This document shows positions 1-9,421 of a stretch of DNA of 64,000 bases, one piece after another. Made by a program: the position numbers and the translations under genes. The notes under the pieces are model-generated. The model saw only the letters and a list, made by a program, of their open reading frames with translations, did no database searches and was not told the DNA's origin. Source of the DNA: a virus (lineage: Duplodnaviria; Caudoviricetes); IMG/VR virus record IMGVR_UViG_3300031813_000003, positions 151,975 to 215,974 of that record, one strand, 5' to 3'. Within the stretch, counting starts at the first letter, position 1. Each line of letters opens with the position of its first letter.

Positions 1-73
1 CCAGATTTTGTTGTTGCGAATGTTGTAATGCCCGACAAGTAAAACAATCAAATGATTCAGAATGGGATAATAT

Positions 74-409
74 ATGAAGCGAATCTTTATCAGCATTCCA
101 TATACTCATCCTGATCCAGCAGTTGTTGAAGAAAGGGTGAAAGCAGCTGAATCTTACTTTATGGAACTTCTTCATAGAGGCGATTGCCCTGTAAGCCCTG
201 TTGTAGTCGGCCATAACTTCGTGACTAAATATGGAGCAAACTGCTCTTTTGAATTTTGGGACAAGTTCTGTATGGAGCAACTCGCTACTTGTAGTGAATT
301 ACACATACTGACCCTTGATGGATGGGATACATCAACCGGTGTTGCAAAAGAAAATGACATGGCACAATATTTTTTTGGTATACCAGTAAGAATGATAGAA
401 CCTAAATAA
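74..409 (+). CDS. DUF1937-like / nucleoside deoxyribosyltransferase-like small protein
   Basis: IFISIPYT...SPV...GH...W...LDGWDTSTGVAKE pattern. Confidence 0.6.
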   Translation: MKRIFISIPYTHPDPAVVEERVKAAESYFMELLHRGDCPVSPVVVGHNFVTKYGANCSFEFWDKFCMEQLATCSELHILTLDGWDTSTGVAKENDMAQYFFGIPVRMIEPK

Positions 410-553
410 AACTAAAAAGGACGGTGATTCAAAATGGAAACTATTCAGGAACAGCTTAAAGAAGCAGGGTTTGATTTTGCAGTAGCTATCGCAACTGAAG
501 CAGAGATTACTGCTGGTGCTGCGTGTGGGCAACTTAGTCTAATCGTAGAGTAA

Positions 554-721
554 ATGAATACTGTGTATGAAATTCGGGTCTGGTTGCCTAAACAAGGCAA
601 TAAGATTGCATTAGTTAATGCGTCAAATCCAGAAGAAGCATATCAACTTATTGAAGATTTTGTAATACAACAATTTCAAAATGACAGAATAACATTAGTA
701 GATTTAAAGGATGAACGATAG
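554..721 (+). CDS. hypothetical protein (ends TAG; possible read-through to 775)
   Basis: ATG abuts the previous stop; 55 codons open. Confidence 0.5.
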   Translation: MNTVYEIRVWLPKQGNKIALVNASNPEEAYQLIEDFVIQQFQNDRITLVDLKDER

Positions 722-758
722 ACGTTCACCTATTTCAACAGTAAGGGAGTCTTACGTT

Positions 759-2297
759 ATGAATGTAGTATTTAATGCAGTAGGCAAAGATATTGTAAAA
801 GCGTTTCCAGCTGGGTTTACTTATAAAACAGAAGATGGTTCTGTTTTATTCAGTCCTTGGGTATCCTACCCTAATCAACGAATTTGGAATGAGAATAACC
901 TGTTACTCAAAGTAGATTCTTATAAGCCAAGTCATGCACCCTGTTATCCTCCTGATGCAGATGCAATGGAATCTTACATCGAAGCAAGAGCAGGAGATCA
1001 CCTTCTGTTTTTCGGTCTTCAGATGTACATCCAGAAGTATCTGATGACTCCTATCTCCCAAGCAGATATCGATGAAGCTGTAGATTTCTTTGCACTTCAT
1101 GGTGAGCCTTTCGATAAAGAAATGTGGCAACACATTTTTGACACTTACAACGGGTTTATTCCTGTTGTGATTTCTGCAATCCCTGAAGGAACTGTAGTCC
1201 CTAACCGAAATATCATTGCAAAGATTTCTTGCACTGATAAGAAATGCTTCAGTGTAGCTTCTTATCTTGAAACTTCGTTCCTCAGAGGGGTATGGTATCC
1301 ATCGTCTACAGGAACTATTAGTTATGACTGCCGTGTAGAAATCAAAAAATACATGGAACTGACTGCTGACTCTCTTGAAGGACTTAACTTCAAACTACAC
1401 AGCTTTGCTGGTAGGGGTGTTAGTTCCAGTGAATCTGCAGCACTTGGTGATGCTGGTCATATGGCAACTGGTGCAATGGGGTCTGACACTGTAGAAGGGG
1501 TCATACGGGCAAATAATGCCTATGGGTGTACCGGTGGTATGTCTGCATTCTCTATCCCTGCTACAGAGCATTCTACGATTACCAGTTGGGGGAAAGAAAA
1601 CGAGGCAGCTGCATATAAAAACTTCCTCGACAAATATCTTCTGCCTGGAAAAATCTGTGCATGTGTCTCTGACTCCTATGACATCATGGAAGCATGTGAC
1701 ATTTGGGGAACAATTCATAAAGATCAGATTGTGAATTCTGGTGGAACATTAGTTGTTCGTCCTGATTCTGGTGAACCAGCACCTACGGTTCTTGCTGTAG
1801 TTGAACGTCTGGAAAAGTATTTTGGAACTACTGTAAACTCCAAAGGTTATAAAGTTCTCCCTGATTGTATCAGGGTTATCCAAGGTGATGGAATTAACAG
1901 GAATGCTATTGTGGAAATCCTCCAGCTGCTTATGTGGAAAGGATATTCTGCTGACAACGTTGCCTTTGGTATGGGTGGAGCATTACTTCAACATGTAAAC
2001 CGTGATACCTTTGGTTTCGTTATGAAGTGTTGCGCAATCAGGATTGGTGGAGTTTGGGTTGATGTGTTCAAGGAAGCTCCAGGCAAGAACAGTAAGAAAG
2101 GTAGACTTGAACTGATTCAGTACCCTGATAGAACCTATGAAACTATCAGGGTTGAAGATATCCGTTGGGTTGATAACAAGATGGAAGGTAAGAAAGTACT
2201 TGAAATCGCTTACCAATTGGTAAAACAGGGAAACTTCTATTACCCTGTTTACCGTCACCAAGATTTGGATGATGTTCGTGAACGTGCAAATCGTTAA
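759..2297 (+). CDS. nadV: nicotinamide phosphoribosyltransferase (NAMPT/NadV family)
   Basis: DSYKxSH, PATEHS, VSDSYD, VVRPDSG, IQGDGI and FGMGGALLQ motifs; SD AAGGGAG before ATG 759. Confidence 0.93.
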   Translation: MNVVFNAVGKDIVKAFPAGFTYKTEDGSVLFSPWVSYPNQRIWNENNLLLKVDSYKPSHAPCYPPDADAMESYIEARAGDHLLFFGLQMYIQKYLMTPISQADIDEAVDFFALHGEPFDKEMWQHIFDTYNGFIPVVISAIPEGTVVPNRNIIAKISCTDKKCFSVASYLETSFLRGVWYPSSTGTISYDCRVEIKKYMELTADSLEGLNFKLHSFAGRGVSSSESAALGDAGHMATGAMGSDTVEGVIRANNAYGCTGGMSAFSIPATEHSTITSWGKENEAAAYKNFLDKYLLPGKICACVSDSYDIMEACDIWGTIHKDQIVNSGGTLVVRPDSGEPAPTVLAVVERLEKYFGTTVNSKGYKVLPDCIRVIQGDGINRNAIVEILQLLMWKGYSADNVAFGMGGALLQHVNRDTFGFVMKCCAIRIGGVWVDVFKEAPGKNSKKGRLELIQYPDRTYETIRVEDIRWVDNKMEGKKVLEIAYQLVKQGNFYYPVYRHQDLDDVRERANR

Positions 2298-2313
2298 GAA
2301 GTGAAAGTTTAAA

Positions 2314-2375
2314 TTGACAAATAAATCTCCTTTGTGTTAAGATGTTTATACATTCAATCACAAAGGAGATTTTTC
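2314..2375 (+). promoter_or_regulatory. sigma70-like early promoter with a 14-bp inverted repeat covering the spacer and the SD
   Basis: TTGACA, then AAATCTCCTTTGTG...CACAAAGGAGATTT. Confidence 0.8.
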
Positions 2376-2651
2376 ATGTCTATTTCAACTGTTGTCGATC
2401 TTAAAGATTGCCCTTTCTGCGGTCGTAGAGAAAAATCCTTTTATTTTGGACCTACTTCAGCAATGACATAGGGGATTGAATGCCCCTGTGGATGTAAGAT
2501 GGAAGAAAAGATGTTTAACTCTTATTCAAAAAAAGATAAAGAAATAATGAAACAGATAGAAGATAAAAATTGTAATGACATGGGTTGCGTGTTAGCTTTA
2601 GATGTTTTTCATATGTTGAACGTAGCAGCAAAATGGAATACTAGAAAATGA
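2376..2651 (+). CDS. Lar-family (restriction alleviation-like) Zn-ribbon protein with in-frame TAG at 2469-2471
   Basis: LKDCPFCG...T*GIECPCGC...AAKWNTRK; strong SD; missed by the ORF track. Confidence 0.7.
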
Positions 2652-2664
2652 CAGAGGAGACAAA

Positions 2665-2892
2665 ATGAAACTTAAATACGTGATAGTCAATTGTATGCCA
2701 ATCATCTTTCCGTTAGGATTTCAGCATAACGTGTTTGAACAAATTGGTGAGATTGAAGGTGCTGGTTTCGTTAATATTGTGAATGATCATGGAGAACTGA
2801 AAGGGAAAGTTCATGGTAAATCAACATCAACGGGATTTGACGCTTGTCAAGACGATGAAATAATGATAAATATCATGTTGAAAGACCGTTAG
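2665..2892 (+). CDS. hypothetical protein
   Basis: ORF with SD GAGGAG. Confidence 0.7.
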   Translation: MKLKYVIVNCMPIIFPLGFQHNVFEQIGEIEGAGFVNIVNDHGELKGKVHGKSTSTGFDACQDDEIMINIMLKDR

Positions 2893-2960
2893 GGAGGAGA
2901 TTTATAAATGCAAGGAATTTTGTTTTATATTATTGTGATGTAACCAACAAAGGAATAATA

Positions 2961-3188
2961 ATGAAAATACATGTTGTTGAATTTAATGATGGAACATACG
3001 GTGTAAGAAAGATTATTGGTTGGTGGATTTTCAAATCTGAACCGGTGTATCTAGATTTAAAAAGTAATTCGGTATATTTTTGGGGTAAACTATCAGATTA
3101 TTTTGATCACTGTAAAACACCAAATAAGGAATTAGCAATATCAATGTATCAAAGATATATTGAAGATGAAAAAATAATTTATCCGTAA
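2961..3188 (+). CDS. hypothetical protein
   Basis: ORF with SD. Confidence 0.65.
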   Translation: MKIHVVEFNDGTYGVRKIIGWWIFKSEPVYLDLKSNSVYFWGKLSDYFDHCKTPNKELAISMYQRYIEDEKIIYP

Positions 3189-3222
3189 AGGTTAATATCA
3201 AAGGAGTCGATAAGATTAAAGA

Positions 3223-4308
3223 ATGAATGTAAATGTAAACGAAGTAGAAGCAAATGAAGTGACTGATAGAGATTTACTAGCTGTAGTCTATAAAGTAGAA
3301 AGGCTAGAAGCAATCCCTAACAAAGATCGGATCGAACTTGTTCACCTGAAGGACTGTGGATATACTTGTATCTGTGAAAAAGGTCACACCGTAGGAGATT
3401 TGGTTGTATTCATCAAGTATGATACAATTCTCCCTAAAATCGAAATGTTTAACTGGATGGCAGAATCTAAATACCGTGTTAAACCAAAATCCTTTACAGA
3501 GAGGGATGAAGAAGATAACGTAGTAAAGAAGATTTACAGTCAAGGTATTGTTATCCCCTTTCGTGTAGTTTCTGAATATATTGAATGTGATGATATCAAT
3601 ATTCGTTTTGAAGGTGCTGACCTAACTTCATATCTAGGAATCGTCAAATACATTGCGCCTGTATCAAATGGTGGAATGGGTAATATGCAGTCAAAGGGTG
3701 ATTTCCCTACCCACAAAGTATCAAAGACAGATGAAATGAATGTCTGCTCTAAGATGAAAGCATACGCTGAAATTCAAGGGCAAGAAGTTTACATCACTCA
3801 GAAGATCGAAGGTTCATCTGTTACTTTCTTCTGTGAAGATGATGAACTAGTTGTTTGTAGCAGAAACAACATCCTTATTGAAACTGAGGGTAACAAGTTT
3901 TGGCAAGGAGTTAAGAAGTACGATACTAAAACTTTGTTCACTGATCTTCCTTGGTTGATTTGTCAGGCTGAACTTTATGGCCCAGGAATTCAGAAAAACA
4001 AACTAGGAACTGAATCTGTTGATATTATGATCTTCAACATGATTGATGGAAGAACTAGGCAGAAGCTTGGTTACTACCGGATGATTGATATCGCAGTTAA
4101 ATATAAGCTTCCTCTTGTTCCACTAATTTGTTGTATCCAAAGTTTTGATTGGACTTTTGAACAACTTCAAGAATTTACTGATAAACAGAAGTACCCAAAT
4201 GGTGAACTAGCTGAAGGTGTTGTTATTCGTCCAGTAGAACCATTCATCAGTAAGGTTCTCCATGAAGAATGGTCCCTCAAATGTATTTCAAGAGAATACA
4301 AGCTTTGA
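3223..4308 (+). CDS. RNA ligase, DRB0094-like (N-terminal OB fold plus nucleotidyltransferase)
   Basis: KTDE, motif I TQKIEGSS, AELYGPGIQKN, AEGVVIRP, SLKCISREY. Confidence 0.88.
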   Translation: MNVNVNEVEANEVTDRDLLAVVYKVERLEAIPNKDRIELVHLKDCGYTCICEKGHTVGDLVVFIKYDTILPKIEMFNWMAESKYRVKPKSFTERDEEDNVVKKIYSQGIVIPFRVVSEYIECDDINIRFEGADLTSYLGIVKYIAPVSNGGMGNMQSKGDFPTHKVSKTDEMNVCSKMKAYAEIQGQEVYITQKIEGSSVTFFCEDDELVVCSRNNILIETEGNKFWQGVKKYDTKTLFTDLPWLICQAELYGPGIQKNKLGTESVDIMIFNMIDGRTRQKLGYYRMIDIAVKYKLPLVPLICCIQSFDWTFEQLQEFTDKQKYPNGELAEGVVIRPVEPFISKVLHEEWSLKCISREYKL

Positions 4309-5102
4309 TAGAATACACTAATGGACAATTTGGCACTATTGCTCCTGTTAAAGATATCTTCGATTTCCTTTATGAAAAGAGTGACTTCGAAGGTATCAAG
4401 GCAGTGCATATAGGGGAAGTCGAAGAACTACAACGAATCAGACAGAATAAAGTATCAACTGAAGCTTTATGTGATCGTCTTGATGAACTTGAAAGAGAAT
4501 TAGCTACACTTAAACCCAAAGGGATAGTGAAGAGGAAAGAAGACGAAGAACCTATTGCCACTCGTAGGACATATCCTGTGAGTCCTGAACGTCCTTCTAG
4601 CCCTGTTAATACCACATCTGTATCAATGGATCGTCCTAACTATCATCACACTCAGAATGGCACTCCTGTTCGTTCCTATGGTAATGCAACAGCACCAGCA
4701 CCAGCACCTGTTCATAACACAACTATCATCAACAACGGTGGAAACAGTGGAAACAACAATGGTGGAGATTTTGTAACTGGAATGATGGCAGGGGCATTGC
4801 TCGACAACGCACTTTCCAGTAACCATCACCATGATCGTGAAGTTGTGGTTGAGCGTGAGTACGTACCTGTTCGTGAAGTAGAAGTGCGTGAAACTGAAAC
4901 ATCCAGATCGACTTGGGATACACCTAAAGAAGAATCCAAATCCAGTTCATGGGATGCACCTAAAGAATCATCACATTCCAGTTCATGGGATGATCATTCT
5001 AGTAGTAATAGCAGTTCATGGGATAATAGTTCTTCATCAGATTCCAGTAGTTCTTGGGGTGATAGCTCATCTTCAGACTCTAGCGGCGGGGGTGACTGGT
5101 AA
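4305..5102 (+). CDS. hypothetical protein with low-complexity Ser/Asp/Trp-rich tail
   Basis: GDFVTGMMAGALL segment followed by SSSWD repeats; start approximate. Confidence 0.7.
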   Translation: MIEYTNGQFGTIAPVKDIFDFLYEKSDFEGIKAVHIGEVEELQRIRQNKVSTEALCDRLDELERELATLKPKGIVKRKEDEEPIATRRTYPVSPERPSSPVNTTSVSMDRPNYHHTQNGTPVRSYGNATAPAPAPVHNTTIINNGGNSGNNNGGDFVTGMMAGALLDNALSSNHHHDREVVVEREYVPVREVEVRETETSRSTWDTPKEESKSSSWDAPKESSHSSSWDDHSSSNSSSWDNSSSSDSSSSWGDSSSSDSSGGGDW

Positions 5103-5197
5103 TGACATTCACAGTACTTTATTTGATAGGATCAGGAATTGTGATTGGGTTAATTATAGGGCATTGGTTGTGGAAACCTAAAAAGGAGACTAAATAA

Positions 5198-5539
5198 ATG
5201 AACGATGTAACTAAAGTAGTTGTATGTATTGTTGGGTTTGTTGTGTTCATCATCGGAATCAGTTGGATTTCAATGGGCAATGAATTCATGTTATACAAAT
5301 ATTTTGCGCCTAAGCAGGAAGCAGTACGGACCAAGGTTTATCGTGAGTCCCAAGCTCAACAGGATGGTATGATAAACGAACTTCAGAAAATGCAGATTGA
5401 ATATGCATCTGCTAGTCCTGAAGGTAAATTAATCATTGCAGATGCTGTAGTTTCACGGTCTGCTCAATTCACTGGACAACTTACTCCTAGTCTTGATGCT
5501 TTCGTTTCCAAATGTAAGGCGCAGAAAGGAATCAACTAA
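5198..5539 (+). CDS. membrane-anchored hypothetical protein
   Basis: N-terminal TM helix; SD AAGGAG. Confidence 0.75.
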   Translation: MNDVTKVVVCIVGFVVFIIGISWISMGNEFMLYKYFAPKQEAVRTKVYRESQAQQDGMINELQKMQIEYASASPEGKLIIADAVVSRSAQFTGQLTPSLDAFVSKCKAQKGIN

Positions 5540-5540
5540 A

Positions 5541-5702
5541 GTGATCAACAAGAAAGGGTTTGCCCTAATAGAACTTATCATTGTGGTTGCTATCGTAGGA
5601 ATTCTTATTGCCATTGCTGTACCACAATACATAAATTACCATAATCATGGATATATTCAGAATGATATCAACACTCAAAGGAATCCTGATTACCGACCAT
5701 AA
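5541..5702 (+). CDS. short type IV pilin-like protein
   Basis: KKG|FALIELIIVVAIVGILIAIAVPQY class III signal peptide with E5. Confidence 0.85.
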   Translation: MINKKGFALIELIIVVAIVGILIAIAVPQYINYHNHGYIQNDINTQRNPDYRP

Positions 5703-5895
5703 GGGATTTGGTGTAGTAGAACTTATAATTGGGATTGTTATAGTAGGACTAATACTAGCTATTATTCCTGCTGTAACATACCTTCACATAGTGAATTATA
5801 TCACACCTAAAGCTTTAGAATCAAATCAACATCGTTATGGATATATTCATAGGGATTTTGACTCACATCGTAACCCTTACTATAAAGAATATTAA
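5647..5895 (+). CDS. second pilin-like protein (start uncertain)
   Basis: HKG|FGVVELIIGIVIVGLILAIIP; C-terminus GYIxxDxxxxRNPxY shared with the upstream pilin. Confidence 0.65.
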   Translation: MDIFRMISTLKGILITDHKGFGVVELIIGIVIVGLILAIIPAVTYLHIVNYITPKALESNQHRYGYIHRDFDSHRNPYYKEY

Positions 5896-5908
5896 AGGAA
5901 ATAAAAAA

Positions 5909-6445
5909 ATGAAAAATGTTGTTATGTTTATGTGTCTGCTTGTTAGTTGTTCACTGTTTGTAGGGTGTAAAGAAAAACCTATCCATCAAACTGCGGATCA
6001 GCAAATTAACCGTCAACAGGAAGGAATGGCTCAACAGGCAAACAAAGAAGCTGGTATGCCTGGGATTTCTAACTTCACCGAAAAGAAAACCATGCGTAAA
6101 ATCCTTGAAAAACGTGATTCTGCGAACCTTGTAACTTATGGCTACATCTGGTCACCTATGCTTGCTAAATTTCGGTTTGTCGGTATTGGTTATGGGTATC
6201 CACTTCCTTATGCAACTCAGTACACCAATCCTACGAGGATTGCTAGGCATGACGAAGTTCCATATGTTGGTAATGTAACTCTTCCCCAAGCTGACCCTAC
6301 AGGTCTTTGGAGCCCTGCATCAGCTGATGCAACTTGGTGGTTGATGATGGATGAAGAAACCAAAAGTGTTGACGCTGAATATTTTGAAGAAAGAATCAAT
6401 GTTGTTCTTCATAAACTCCCTAAGCGTATGGTTATCCAAGATTAA
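5909..6445 (+). CDS. putative lipoprotein
   Basis: Signal peptide with lipobox-like LFVGC. Confidence 0.75.
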   Translation: MKNVVMFMCLLVSCSLFVGCKEKPIHQTADQQINRQQEGMAQQANKEAGMPGISNFTEKKTMRKILEKRDSANLVTYGYIWSPMLAKFRFVGIGYGYPLPYATQYTNPTRIARHDEVPYVGNVTLPQADPTGLWSPASADATWWLMMDEETKSVDAEYFEERINVVLHKLPKRMVIQD

Positions 6446-6518
6446 TACAAACTGAATCCTTTTTGGAGCAATAAATAAAGTTGAAGTTGACTAAAATTTA
6501 TTGCTTCAAAAGGATTTT

Positions 6519-8006
6519 ATGCCAAAGATTTATGTACTTGACACAAATGTTCTGCTCTTAGATGGAAACGCAATCAACAAATTCGAAGAAAACATCGTAG
6601 TTATCCCTCAACCTGTTCTAAATGAAATTGACAAACACAAAAAAGACCCTGATGGTGAGATTAGATACAATTCTAGACAGTTCTCTAGGAACGTAGATGA
6701 ATTAAGGAAACAAGGAAGTCTATCAAATGGTGTTCAGCTAAATGATCAAGGTGGAATGCTGTATGTAACTCTATTTGATGATAATGTAGCTTCATTATTA
6801 CCCTTCCAAGATATGTCCTATATGGACAACCGTATCCTTGCTTGCGCTTTATATGTTCAAAAAAATAACTTTTGTGAATTAGGTGAAGAAGTATATGAGG
6901 TTGTCATTGTTTCTAATGATACCAACATGCGTATTCTTGCTGATATTTTTGGTCTTCAAGCTGAAGACTATAAAAATTCTAAAGTACAAAGTGATGAACT
7001 ATACACAGGGATTCAACATATCTATGTTGACCAACAGTGTATTGACTTGATGTATACCCTAGGAAAATTCGATCTAGCTGATGCTCAACCATTCTTAGAT
7101 GATTCACATTTGGGGGTTTCATTTAATATTACTGATGAATATATATCATATGTACCTTCCCCAAATGAATGTTTTGTATTTCATTCTCTATCAAATACAA
7201 AACAAAGTGCGTTGACTAGGTACAACTCTGTAATGAAAGAGTTTAGAGTACTTCCACAAGATATGAAAACTTGTGATGCTCTTCCACGTAGTGCTGAACA
7301 AGCATTCGCATTGGATATTCTTAAAGACCCTGAAGTATGCTTAGTATCTCTTAACGCCAAGGCAGGGTGTGGTAAAACTTTCTTAGCCCTAGCTGCTGCA
7401 ATACATGGTGTGATGGAAACCCATACATACAACAAAATCCTACTTTTAAAGCCTATTGTGCCAATGGATAATAGTCATGAGCTAGGATTCCTCCCAGGAG
7501 GTCTAGACGAGAAGCTTGGACCTTGGATGGCATCTTATGCAGACAACATCGAACAGATAATGTCCAAGTATATCAAAGAAGATGGATATGACAAAGGGAA
7601 GAAACCAAAGAACAAGAAAGAAGAAAAGCAACAAGATGATTACTTTGAGAAACAACAAGGTAAAACTAGCCCTATTCAGGAAATGATTGCTTTAGGATTG
7701 CTTGAATTTGGATCACTAGAGCATGCTAGAGGGCGAAACTGGAGCAACACATACGTCATCATAGATGAAGGACAAAATACCAGTAAAAGCACAATGAAGA
7801 CCATTCTGACACGTATTGGGGAAGGATCAAAGATTGTAGTTATGGGTGACCCTAGCCAGATAGATTCTCCATACCTTGACAGTAAGAGTAATGGACTTGT
7901 GATAGTTCAAGACCTTTTTAGATCATCTGACCTAGCAGGGCATATCACCCTAACAAAATCTGAAAGAAGTAAACTTGCAGAACTAGCAGCTGAACTACTA
8001 AACTAA
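6519..8006 (+). CDS. phoH: PIN-domain PhoH-family ATPase
   Basis: YVLDTNVLL PIN motif; AKAGCGKT Walker A; RGR, IIDEGQN, GDPSQID, SERS. Confidence 0.92.
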   Translation: MPKIYVLDTNVLLLDGNAINKFEENIVVIPQPVLNEIDKHKKDPDGEIRYNSRQFSRNVDELRKQGSLSNGVQLNDQGGMLYVTLFDDNVASLLPFQDMSYMDNRILACALYVQKNNFCELGEEVYEVVIVSNDTNMRILADIFGLQAEDYKNSKVQSDELYTGIQHIYVDQQCIDLMYTLGKFDLADAQPFLDDSHLGVSFNITDEYISYVPSPNECFVFHSLSNTKQSALTRYNSVMKEFRVLPQDMKTCDALPRSAEQAFALDILKDPEVCLVSLNAKAGCGKTFLALAAAIHGVMETHTYNKILLLKPIVPMDNSHELGFLPGGLDEKLGPWMASYADNIEQIMSKYIKEDGYDKGKKPKNKKEEKQQDDYFEKQQGKTSPIQEMIALGLLEFGSLEHARGRNWSNTYVIIDEGQNTSKSTMKTILTRIGEGSKIVVMGDPSQIDSPYLDSKSNGLVIVQDLFRSSDLAGHITLTKSERSKLAELAAELLN

Positions 8007-8013
8007 GGACTTT

Positions 8014-8301
8014 ATGTTACCATCAATTGAAGAATTAAACGAACACATAGATTTTGATGTAAACCATTTGATCATCGTAGCAATTATAGAAGGTGATTTC
8101 TTTACCGTAGAGCATATTTGTGCCTATGAAAGTAAACCTACTATAGAAGTAGTAGAAGATTTAAAAAGAGAACTCAGCGAAGATGAAGAGTTTGGAATTG
8201 ACCCTGAAGTTTTAGCCAAATGCACCTTTGGTGTTTTCAACAAAGATGAATATATCGAATTTATAACTATCTTAGATAAACAAGGAGAAACAAACGAATA
8301 A
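8014..8301 (+). CDS. hypothetical acidic protein
   Basis: ORF with SD. Confidence 0.65.
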   Translation: MLPSIEELNEHIDFDVNHLIIVAIIEGDFFTVEHICAYESKPTIEVVEDLKRELSEDEEFGIDPEVLAKCTFGVFNKDEYIEFITILDKQGETNE

Positions 8302-8334
8302 AAGTCTTCCTAAGAGGAACTGAGTAAATTTTTA

Positions 8335-8373
8335 CTAAATACTAGTAACCTAACTTAGGAGGTTACTAGTATT
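8335..8373 (+). promoter_or_regulatory. late-type promoter (CTAAATA) with SD-sequestering hairpin before a homing endonuclease gene
   Basis: AATACTAGTAACCT...AGGTTACTAGTATT overlaps the AGGAGG SD. Confidence 0.6.
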
Positions 8374-8979
8374 ATGAAAATTTGTGGGATATACAGTATA
8401 ACAAACTTAACTAATAACAAGCTTTATATTGGACTAAGTACAAACATTGAGCAAAGATTTTCTTTCCATAAGAAAAGACTACTCTCTGGTAAACACAAGA
8501 ATAAACATTTTCAATCATCATTTGATAAGAATGGAATAGACAATTTCAAATTTGAAGTAATAGAAATTTGTGAAGACTCTATGTTGTGTGATAGAGAAAA
8601 ATATTGGATAACTCATTATAAATCATTTGATAGAGAATTTGGTTACAATAAAACTTATGGTGGTGAGTTTGGTAGAGTATCTGATGAAGTAAATGAACGT
8701 AGAAAAATAAAACTAAGACAATTAACAATACCACAAGAACAACGAGATAGAATTAGTAAAACACTCAGCGGAAGGGTTAGACCTAGAGATGAAATTGAAC
8801 GAGCAGCAAAATCTTGTAGAAAATGTACAGATGCTCAGGAACAAGAAGTAGTGAATCTATTTATAGATAGAAAATCAACAACTGAAATTTCTGAATTACT
8901 ATCACTAAAGAAAACTTTAGTGATAAGTATATTAAGAAGGAATGGAGTAACTAAAAATGCAAGAAAATCAAACAATTAG
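8374..8979 (+). CDS. GIY-YIG homing endonuclease
   Basis: CGIYSITN...YIG...RF...E...GYN. Confidence 0.88.
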   Translation: MKICGIYSITNLTNNKLYIGLSTNIEQRFSFHKKRLLSGKHKNKHFQSSFDKNGIDNFKFEVIEICEDSMLCDREKYWITHYKSFDREFGYNKTYGGEFGRVSDEVNERRKIKLRQLTIPQEQRDRISKTLSGRVRPRDEIERAAKSCRKCTDAQEQEVVNLFIDRKSTTEISELLSLKKTLVISILRRNGVTKNARKSNN

Positions 8980-9364
8980 GGTGTTTCTCGGCGGCACATG
9001 CAATGATTCCACATGGAGGGATGAATTAATCCCTCTTCTAACTATTGACTACTTCAATCCTGTTGTATCAAACTGGACTCCAGAATGTCAAGATGAAGAA
9101 ATCATACAACGTGAAACTTGTGATTATGTTCTATATGTAATTACTCCAAAGATGACAGGGGTTTATTCTATCGCAGAAGTTGTAGATGATAGTAACAAAC
9201 GTCCTAAAAAGACACTATTCTGTTATCTTGAAGAAGATGAAAAAGAAAAGTTTGAAAAGCACCAAATCAAAGCATTACAAGCAACCTCTAAAATGATTCT
9301 TAAAAATGGTGGTTGGGTGTGTAGCTCCCTCAAAGAAGTTGCAGAATATTTAAATTCCAAATAA
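8957..9364 (+). CDS. nucleoside 2-deoxyribosyltransferase-like domain protein
   Basis: VFLGGTC...WR...FNP...W...E. Confidence 0.75.
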   Translation: MQENQTIRVFLGGTCNDSTWRDELIPLLTIDYFNPVVSNWTPECQDEEIIQRETCDYVLYVITPKMTGVYSIAEVVDDSNKRPKKTLFCYLEEDEKEKFEKHQIKALQATSKMILKNGGWVCSSLKEVAEYLNSK

Positions 9365-9366
9365 AG

Positions 9367-9421
9367 TTGACAAACAACTCTCCTTTGTGTTAAGGTGTAA
9401 GAAATCTTAACACAAAGGAGA
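9367..9421 (+). promoter_or_regulatory. early promoter / inverted-repeat cassette, orphaned by a homing endonuclease insertion
   Basis: TTGACA; TCTCCTTTGTGTTAAG/CTTAACACAAAGGAGA. Confidence 0.7.
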
